A DNA stretch of 32,000 nt from Nitrosopumilaceae archaeon (GCA_035631875.1 DASQHX010000009.1:137558-169557), one strand, 5' to 3'. Shown: positions 9,453-15,459, numbered from the stretch's first letter. Notes: a model not told the origin generated them from the letters alone. Program-made: numbers and translations.

Positions 9453-9507
9453 CGAAGCTAGTCTAGCGTTCAAGGAAGACTCGAAAATTAAAAGATATGA
9501 TGTAAAA

Positions 9508-9987
9508 ATGCCTTTTTGCTATGCCATAACGGTAGAAACCAACGATCCCAATAATGCGATAATGCAGACTACATGGGAATATTTTCTTAAAGATGATTCC
9601 AAATTAGACGAATTGATAAAAGAAATAGAAAGCCAGACCTTCAAGGTCAAAGTTATCAAAATCGAGCCAGCCGTGAGACAACTTATAGATCTATGTCCTA
9701 GATGTCATAAGCGAGGAGTGCCAAAAATTGAGAAGAAGAATACTAATGACAACAGGGAACGATCAGGAAGATACAAAGAAAAAACATCATCACAAAAGAA
9801 ACGAGAGCCAGAGTTTTGGCTGACTTATGTCCACACAAAAACAAAAAAATGCAGAATTTGTCAATATACGAATACTCCCTATCCTACGTACAAACATAAC
9901 AAAATCGATATTGAAAAATACTTTTTTCCTCAAATTATAGGAAATATGAAAAGAGGATCTCTCTGGTATTCTGATCAATCACAGTAA
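9508..9987 (+). CDS. hypothetical protein with split zinc-ribbon (CPRC ... CRIC)
   Basis: ORF 9424..9987 in the track. The ATG at 9508 (MPFCYAIT) avoids overlap with the integrase 5' end. CPRCHKRG and KCRICQY cysteine pairs are separated by a Lys/Arg-rich linker. Confidence 0.5.
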   Translation: MPFCYAITVETNDPNNAIMQTTWEYFLKDDSKLDELIKEIESQTFKVKVIKIEPAVRQLIDLCPRCHKRGVPKIEKKNTNDNRERSGRYKEKTSSQKKREPEFWLTYVHTKTKKCRICQYTNTPYPTYKHNKIDIEKYFFPQIIGNMKRGSLWYSDQSQ

Positions 9988-10244
9988 GGACATTCTACAG
10001 TTTCTTTTGGATTACGTACAAACGCAATTAACTTTTGACCACATCGAATGCAAATGTATCTCCTTTTGTGATGTTTTTGTGATTTGTACCATAATACCTC
10101 CGACCAATGGATCCGTTTTGTGCGAAATCTGTACTCTTCATCAAAGTAAAAGACAAACCATCGCTTCTTTGCACCGTTTTTTCCGTGTTGTCTTACCTCT
10201 GATCTTGGATGATACCAGCGTTTTGATACTGAAATTACAATCAT
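9975..10244 (-). CDS. small basic protein with C-terminal zinc ribbon
   Basis: 89 aa, very basic, with CIRCGQK...ECPYCD (CxxC-x17-CxxC). Candidate DNA-binding or regulatory protein of the element. ATG at 10244. Confidence 0.5.
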   Translation of the reverse strand: MIVISVSKRWYHPRSEVRQHGKNGAKKRWFVFYFDEEYRFRTKRIHWSEVLWYKSQKHHKRRYICIRCGQKLIAFVRNPKETVECPYCD

Positions 10245-10394
10245 TTCTGGATACTAATAGGATACTTCTTTTTGTCTATAAACTGGTGAAGGTACGAAAT
10301 TCTAATTATTCCAGAAAATTCATTGATTTTTTGTTACATTATGTGACATAATCCGAAAAGAATCCGTTAAATCCTTGACTTAAGTATGTGAGTC

Positions 10395-10976
10395 ATGGCT
10401 CTGACTAATGTAAACTTCCAAGATGAATTTGTAAAAGACTATTTCAAAAACCCATTCCTTTGGTGGAACTTTATCATATTCATATTTACTACATTCAACA
10501 CACAGCCTACTTTTAACACCATTTTGCAAAATATTATTATCAATTCTTACTATGTTCAAGTTCTATTTGCTTGTCTTGGTATTGCTCTTTTTCTTATGTT
10601 TTATCCCATAAGAAGAAGTCTAAAAAAATTAAACAAGAAAAAATATTATGTACATGCATCGCTTTTAGTTGGCGTTTTATTCGTACATGTTGCCTTTTTT
10701 ATGTCTGATCCTCCAGTAATTTTGGGCAAACTTTGGTCCGAAGTCATTATCAAGCCAGATTTATTCGACCAATCAGTATACACGTTGATTTTAGTCGGAT
10801 ATCTCGGAGTTCCTTTTTTGTATGCGTTTGCAACTACCACAGTTAAAAAATCATTGTTAGAAGCAAACCTCCCAATAGATGACAAACCCTCAAAGAATCT
10901 GGCATTTGGAGGAATGACAGCGTTGGTTACTGTAGTAATGTATTTTCTTTATACTTTCAGTACGAGTTTTCATTAG
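10395..10976 (+). CDS. hypothetical multi-pass membrane protein
   Basis: 193 aa with about 5 hydrophobic segments. No recognised motif. Confidence 0.5.
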   Translation: MALTNVNFQDEFVKDYFKNPFLWWNFIIFIFTTFNTQPTFNTILQNIIINSYYVQVLFACLGIALFLMFYPIRRSLKKLNKKKYYVHASLLVGVLFVHVAFFMSDPPVILGKLWSEVIIKPDLFDQSVYTLILVGYLGVPFLYAFATTTVKKSLLEANLPIDDKPSKNLAFGGMTALVTVVMYFLYTFSTSFH

Positions 10977-11024
10977 ATTGAATTAAGATCGAAGGAAATA
11001 ACAAGTGGATGACCATAATTCAAA

Positions 11025-11675
11025 ATGCAAGAAAAAATGATCTTCAAAGATGACATTGAAAAAATGTATAAACTTTACCTAGATACTGAAAGACAATTTG
11101 TTGAATTAAGCCGAATAATTCCGTTAGACAACAAACCTGAAACTTATTCTCCAAGATTGTATAGCATATTTCATACTGCTTGCGGTCAAGTAGAAAATAT
11201 GCTTAGATTAATCTGTGATAAATTAGAACTCAAATATCTTAACAATGATTTTCCAAGCTATTATGAACAACTTAATGTTCATGGCATGCTTGAAAGACAC
11301 AAAGTTATCTTGAAGGAAGCAAACGAACCAATTCAACCATTTATCATAAAGGATGGAAAATCTCCAGATTGGTGGAAAGGATATAACAAGGCAAAACATG
11401 CTTTACCAGAAGGTATTGTTGAAGGAAATATTGGAAACACAATAAATGCACTGGCGGGGATTTGTGTACTACACCAAATTTCATATTTTGCTGTTCATCC
11501 TCCTGAAAATGTACTAACGAAGGAAAATTGGTTTGAAATGGAAATTGACCTAAACAATATTGAAACCCCCGCATATGTTGTATCACCAAGTAATCGAGCT
11601 GATGAAAATACTATGTTTTATGCAATCACTACGTATAGTGGAATACATGAGAAACATAATCAAAATAAGTTATGA
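11025..11675 (+). CDS. hypothetical cytosolic helical protein, possible HEPN-like (DUF4145-like) domain
   Basis: 216 aa. YSPRLYSIFHTACGQVENMLRLI followed later by WWKGYNKAKHA resembles the helix-1 acidic residue plus the (R/N)xxxH motif layout of HEPN-type domains. Pattern-level only. Confidence 0.55.
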   Translation: MQEKMIFKDDIEKMYKLYLDTERQFVELSRIIPLDNKPETYSPRLYSIFHTACGQVENMLRLICDKLELKYLNNDFPSYYEQLNVHGMLERHKVILKEANEPIQPFIIKDGKSPDWWKGYNKAKHALPEGIVEGNIGNTINALAGICVLHQISYFAVHPPENVLTKENWFEMEIDLNNIETPAYVVSPSNRADENTMFYAITTYSGIHEKHNQNKL

Positions 11676-11720
11676 GTCTACAGTTGACAGTGATAAAAAT
11701 TCAAGGGATGTGGTATTAAA

Positions 11721-12473
11721 TTGACAGAACCTAACAGCAATCGAAAGATACGATGGAATCATCTTTTGATTTGTCTAATAGTGATAGTAAATATTTTCAT
11801 TTTTTCTTCTATTGCAATTGTAATTTTTGACGTACCGTTTCCGTTTATTAATCCTCATAATCCGCCTATACCTCTTCGATTTAGTTTATCGTATCCACCT
11901 CCAAAAGGCGTTGTGCTTCAAGATCCAAATATTTACGTTGATGTTACTTTACAATCTAATGATACCATTGCGGAAGGCACTCCTGTTCTTCTTACTGCCG
12001 TTGGAAGTCTTAGTGAAAGATTCTCCCAGAATGTTAGTCAGGTGATGGTAGGATTTGAAGGTTCATTGCCTACCTATACTACTTCTAATCCAACAGATGT
12101 TGTAACAATAAATCCTATTGGACCAGCATTTGGTAGTGTAGTCCTTACTCCATATTACGGAAAAGAGAATCATGCAAAATCTTCTTTTGGGATGGGTGGA
12201 CCTGACTTGTTAGAGAAATCACAAATCATTGAATGGAATGTTCAAGGAGATTATTCTCCAACTCTTGTGATATTATTCAATAGCCCTCTAAACCTAACAC
12301 AGCAAAAGGATACAAATATTCGTGTTCATGTCAGCCCTGCTAGTGTTTTACAAGATGAAAGATTAGGTCGTGAAAATATTGTGATCTCACTTGCACTTGT
12401 AGGATTTGAATTTGGTGCAAGTATTATGATCATGAGAGAATTGATAAAATCTATTCAATCCCGAACGAATTGA
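11721..12473 (+). CDS. hypothetical exported/bitopic protein (N- and C-terminal TM segments)
   Basis: 250 aa, TTG start. It has an N-terminal TM (LLICLIVIVNIFIFSSIAIVIF), a beta-rich middle with N-x-S/T sites, and a C-terminal hydrophobic segment. Confidence 0.5.
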   Translation: MTEPNSNRKIRWNHLLICLIVIVNIFIFSSIAIVIFDVPFPFINPHNPPIPLRFSLSYPPPKGVVLQDPNIYVDVTLQSNDTIAEGTPVLLTAVGSLSERFSQNVSQVMVGFEGSLPTYTTSNPTDVVTINPIGPAFGSVVLTPYYGKENHAKSSFGMGGPDLLEKSQIIEWNVQGDYSPTLVILFNSPLNLTQQKDTNIRVHVSPASVLQDERLGRENIVISLALVGFEFGASIMIMRELIKSIQSRTN

Positions 12474-12505
12474 AGTAGTAATAATGAGAATAACGTGAGG
12501 GAAGG

Positions 12506-12572
12506 AGTTTTGTAGCGAACCTTACAGGACTCGATTCTAAAATTATGAATGAGTCAATTCCTATTTCGATGA
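12506..12572. repeat. junction F: att-arm-like segment (12506-12523) fused to cassette 3' module (12516-12572)
   Basis: 12506-12523 is 17/18 identical to 15433-15450. 12516-12572 is 51/57 identical, ungapped, to 14610-14666. Confidence 0.8.
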
Positions 12573-13055
12573 ATTATTTTGAGATTTTATAGGTTCTACT
12601 AAACCATATCCAAAGCATTTAGTGTCGTAATCAGCATACATCCACGAATACTGCATTGGCTTGCTACAATCTATGGTCGGCACCAAATAGGCATAATAAT
12701 ATATCAAAAATCCTCCCATACTGCCAAAAGTTATTACAACTACAATAAGGGAGAGAAGGACTTTCCTACCAAGTATATTCACTCTTTTTTTAATTATGGG
12801 ATACTGTTTTTCAAGTTCTTCTTGTTTTGCCAAAACCTCTTCTTTTGACGGAATCAAAAAAAACCAAGCAACCGGAACTTTAAACCCATATTTCCACAGA
12901 AGGATTCCTAGCGCGTACATTACTATAAAAACTACAACGAAAAAAGCGAAATAGTTTGCTAAAGAGAAGTAGGCTGTTCTAAGATAAATGTACGACAAAA
13001 AAGAACCGATTATTAAAAATGTCATGCTGAAAATAAATCTGATTTGTGGGCGCAT
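12561..13055 (-). CDS. small membrane protein, cassette gene g1
   Basis: The ORF track gives 12561..13103 with TTG; the ATG at 13055 (MRPQIRF) is more likely. 4 hydrophobic segments with a charged KEEVLAKQEELEKQ linker. Ends NNSSK-stop inside the conserved 3' module. Confidence 0.55.
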   Translation of the reverse strand: MRPQIRFIFSMTFLIIGSFLSYIYLRTAYFSLANYFAFFVVVFIVMYALGILLWKYGFKVPVAWFFLIPSKEEVLAKQEELEKQYPIIKKRVNILGRKVLLSLIVVVITFGSMGGFLIYYYAYLVPTIDCSKPMQYSWMYADYDTKCFGYGLVEPIKSQNNSSK

Positions 13056-13104
13056 ATTGTTTGATTTGATACCAATCTTAAAGAATAAAGTATGTCTGTG
13101 CAAG

Positions 13105-13143
13105 ATACAAACTTGTCATCTCATCTCTCCAACAAATCATAAC
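13105..13143. repeat. junction A: cassette leader module
   Basis: atacaaacttgtcatctcat (13105-13124) is identical 20/20 to 15214-15233. tctccaacaaatcataac (13126-13143) is identical 18/18 to 13494-13511. Confidence 0.85.
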
Positions 13144-13214
13144 TCAGAAGTCATGTAAGTTGTCTTTTATTACATACTACCTGATTTTAGCAGAGTCAAG
13201 GATCAAGATGCTAA

Positions 13215-13493
13215 ATGGCAAATGAAAAACAAGTCAAATTGTGGGAACAAATCTTACTTGCCATTGTTGATCCTCTTTGGATATATGGGTTTTATCGAAT
13301 CCACAAACTAAGAAAAGGAGCTATAGTAGGGGGTGTGAGCTTAGCCACCTCTTGGATAATTTCAGATAAAATAGCAGTATGGAGTTGGTGGTATGTCATG
13401 CTGTGGATAGCAACATCAAGTTTCATAATTTATTATATGATAAAATGGTCCAAAGAATGGAATAAAAAACTAGATAGTGCTCCTAAACTTTGA
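13215..13493 (+). CDS. small membrane protein (92 aa), opposite orientation, inside an insertion in junction A/B
   Basis: ATG start, 2-3 hydrophobic segments, Trp-rich. The segment is bracketed by the 18-bp perfect direct repeat. Confidence 0.5.
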   Translation: MANEKQVKLWEQILLAIVDPLWIYGFYRIHKLRKGAIVGGVSLATSWIISDKIAVWSWWYVMLWIATSSFIIYYMIKWSKEWNKKLDSAPKL

Positions 13494-13538
13494 TCTCCAA
13501 CAAATCATAACGTAACTTCGCGTCTATTTCGATGAATT
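13494..13538. repeat. junction B: partial leader, short att-like stretch and a 15-nt remnant of the 3' module
   Basis: 13494-13511 = 13126-13143. gtaacttcgcgtc lies at 13512-13524. ctatttcgatgaatt (13524-13538) = 12561-12575. Confidence 0.75.
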
Positions 13539-13548
13539 TTTTTAAAAA

Positions 13549-13968
13549 TCAAGATATGTTAGAAGGCGTTTGTGTAGATTGATCGTACTTTCTTTTTCTG
13601 GAGATAAATGCTGGTACAGTAAATATTAGTCCTGCTATGAACAAATAAAGTAAGTTAGGACTACCAAATTTAATATACGCTAGTACACTTAGTACCAAAA
13701 AAATTGATTCACCAATAATGAATACTTTAAGGTTTGGTTTTTTCATTGGTTTAGAAGACTCTTTTCTCTCAACACCTTGAAAGAATTTTATCATGACAAA
13801 AAATAAGAGACCTATTCCCGCAAAAGATGATAACAACTCTATGCCCATGATATAATACCGTGTATCTCCGATTACAGGAGAGTCCTTTAGTCCATAGAGA
13901 ACTAAGAAACCTTGAATTATTAATACAAATCCAACAATCAATAAGACGTGATTTCTTTTCAATACCAT
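13549..13968 (-). CDS. small membrane protein, cassette gene g3
   Basis: The track gives 13549..13998 (TTG); the ATG at 13968 (MVLKRNH) is likely. 4 hydrophobic segments with a basic linker. Its upstream 40 nt are 34/40 identical to those of g1. Confidence 0.5.
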   Translation of the reverse strand: MVLKRNHVLLIVGFVLIIQGFLVLYGLKDSPVIGDTRYYIMGIELLSSFAGIGLLFFVMIKFFQGVERKESSKPMKKPNLKVFIIGESIFLVLSVLAYIKFGSPNLLYLFIAGLIFTVPAFISRKRKYDQSTQTPSNIS

Positions 13969-14014
13969 AACAATTTGGTATGATCTCTTAAAGAACAATG
14001 TATGTCATTGAAAG

Positions 14015-14058
14015 ATACAAACTTATTGTCTCATGGTATCTTTCCAATAAATCATGGC
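14015..14058. repeat. junction C: cassette leader module (diverged); contains the stop codon of g4
   Basis: atacaaacttattgtctcat is 17/20 to the consensus. aataaatcatggc corresponds to aacaaatcataac. No 3' module is present here. Confidence 0.7.
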
Positions 14059-14522
14059 ACTGTAGTTGGAGTACCTATACCAAAGTAAGATTTGACACGA
14101 GGTCTGTAAAAATAATAAATAATCAGTGCATCAATACATGCTCCAAAAACAATACCTCCAATATTTGATGAAATTGGATCTTCCCAGAAATTTAAGATAG
14201 TGTCAATAGCCAGTCCTAGTAGAATAAAGACAATTTCACCCTTCCATGCCCACTTACTACCTCTGAGCATTCCAATTGAAATAATGAAGGAAGTCACACC
14301 CCCCGCTACAAGAAAGCCTCCATATGCATATGAGAAGGGCCCTGAAAATAATGTTGAATTCCCGCCCAAGTTATTATTTAGATTTGCTATGAATGGTAAG
14401 AGTACCACTAACAATAAACCAATTAAGGAAGCAGAGATTCCTCCAATTATGCCAAGCACCCCAAGCACTGAGATCCCAAGAGGTCTTTCTAGTTTAGTTA
14501 TTGAAGGTTGTCCAGATTCCAT
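14052..14522 (-). CDS. small membrane protein, cassette gene g4
   Basis: 156 aa, ATG start, 4 Gly-rich hydrophobic segments, GMLRGSKWAW loop. Its first codons ATGGAATCTG are shared with g5. Confidence 0.55.
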   Translation of the reverse strand: MESGQPSITKLERPLGISVLGVLGIIGGISASLIGLLLVVLLPFIANLNNNLGGNSTLFSGPFSYAYGGFLVAGGVTSFIISIGMLRGSKWAWKGEIVFILLGLAIDTILNFWEDPISSNIGGIVFGACIDALIIYYFYRPRVKSYFGIGTPTTVP

Positions 14523-14570
14523 ATTTATGATTAGACTTGAAGACTAATAATCAGAGTGTGTTCTAATTTA

Positions 14571-14666
14571 GTACAAACCCGTCACTCAACTTTCTAACAA
14601 ATTATAACACGAGCCTTACAGGACTCAATTCAAAAATTATTAATGATTCAATGCCTATTTCGATGA
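14571..14666. repeat. junction D: complete junction (leader 14571-14608 plus 3' module 14610-14666)
   Basis: gtacaaacccgtcactcaac and aacaaattataac are leader homologues. The 3' module is 51/57 identical to 12516-12572. Confidence 0.8.
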
Positions 14667-15179
14667 GTCATTTTGGTTGTTGATTTTTGGTTGGTTATTA
14701 TTCCAATCTGTTTGCTTTCTTGCTTTTAGGAGGATAGGAAACATCGCGATTACTGAAACCAAGCCAATAGTAGAGAGAACAATAGGTGTCGTAGAATCAC
14801 CTGCGAAAAGAGAGTTAGACATAACGCCACTCTTAAAGAAGATTGAAGATGGAAATATGAATAATGAAAGTACCAACGATATTGCTGACAAACGCAAACC
14901 AGACCTTCGTTTACGAAATAGCAAGACAGAAGATATTATTGGAATCGATCCTATTGATGCAAGTATTATTGCGGGTAATCCAAACAATAGTAGAGCTTCT
15001 TTAGAATCTACGGTATATGGCAAGTCATAAGTAGCTAAAGTAAAAACGTACAAGGATATTACCACCATTATCGTACCTGAAAATAGTTGGAATACTGCCA
15101 AAATTGTCACATATAGATTAGGTCTGTGCCATCTAGATTCTTTAATGGGACTTTCAGATTCCATATTTTGTGATTCCAT
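14655..15179 (-). CDS. small membrane protein, cassette gene g5
   Basis: 174 aa, 4 hydrophobic segments, ends NDSSK-stop inside the 3' module. The second ATG at 15164 (MESESP) aligns with the g4 start and may be the true start. Confidence 0.55.
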   Translation of the reverse strand: MESQNMESESPIKESRWHRPNLYVTILAVFQLFSGTIMVVISLYVFTLATYDLPYTVDSKEALLLFGLPAIILASIGSIPIISSVLLFRKRRSGLRLSAISLVLSLFIFPSSIFFKSGVMSNSLFAGDSTTPIVLSTIGLVSVIAMFPILLKARKQTDWNNNQPKINNQNDSSK

Positions 15180-15213
15180 CTGGAGACTAATACGGTGAGT
15201 ATGTTCTATTGCA

Positions 15214-15253
15214 ATACAAACTTGTCATCTCATGATACTAAAAAAATCATAAC
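15214..15253. repeat. junction E: cassette leader module
   Basis: 20/20 identical to 13105-13124, followed by aaaaaatcataac. Confidence 0.85.
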
Positions 15254-15418
15254 GTACGATATTATCTAATCATCGGGAGTTTTTGGCTTTGGGCGGGGGC
15301 TCTCCCTTTTTACTCTTTTTTGATAAACTCGTTTGCTGTTTATTAAAATAAAAAATCAAAAAATTTGGATTATTAACAAATCTTCAATAAATTAATAAAA
15401 ATCAAAAAAAATTGGGGT

Positions 15419-15432
15419 TGACGCGCTAAAAC
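15419..15432. repeat. right sub-terminal inverted repeat tgacgcgctaaaac
   Basis: Perfect reverse complement of 8011-8024. Confidence 0.8.
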
Positions 15433-15446
15433 AGTTTTGTCGCGAA

Positions 15447-15459
15447 CCTTCGGGTCCGC
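15447..15459. repeat. attR core ccttcgggtccgc (degenerate copy of the tRNA-Arg 3' end)
   Basis: 12/13 to 7991-8003. It is a GC-rich string in an AT-rich intergenic region and is embedded in a potential hairpin cgcgaacc-ttcg-ggtccgcg (15441-15460). Confidence 0.65.

Larger units (their letters stand above)
8004..15459. mobile_element. tRNA-Arg-targeted integrative element (about 7.46 kb): tyrosine recombinase plus 10 ORFans; no recognisable capsid, replication or conjugation genes
   Basis: A recombinase gene lies 80 bp from the tRNA 3' end. A direct repeat of the tRNA 3' segment sits at the far end. 14-bp perfect inverted repeats lie just inside each end. The contents are ORFans, flanked by conserved core genes. 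Confidence 0.65.

Noticed and set aside
9790-12045. ORFs 9790..9978(-), 10007..10351(+), 10646..10885(-), 11344..11589(-), 11827..12045(+)
   Set aside because: Each is nested in, or antisense to, a longer ORF with a more protein-like pattern (zinc ribbons, TM helices). None has independent support.
13524-13551. Idea that g3 reads through its TGA stop into the conserved NSSK-stop terminus
   Set aside because: On first pass the remnant seemed in frame. Recounting from the numbered sequence shows it is offset by one nucleotide (25 nt between codon starts). Readthrough would therefore not restore the terminus; frameshift decay is the simpler reading.
14200-15030. ORFs 14200..14547(+) and 14677..15030(+)
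   Set aside because: They are antisense to cassette genes g4 and g5. The minus-strand ORFs start right after the conserved leader modules and end in the conserved 3' module, which supports the minus strand.
12474-15260. Possibility that the repeated junction modules are a CRISPR array
   Set aside because: The repeats are 40-130 nt and modular, differ in composition from junction to junction, and are spaced 400-600 bp apart by protein-coding ORFs. No short uniform repeat/spacer periodicity or cas genes are present.
15275-15306. G-quadruplex or strong hairpin in the GC-rich island
   Set aside because: Only three clear G-tracts of 3 or more, with one GG tract. The terminal stem is 5 bp with a 22-nt loop. 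This is too weak to call a structure from sequence alone, so it is kept only as a low-interest note.
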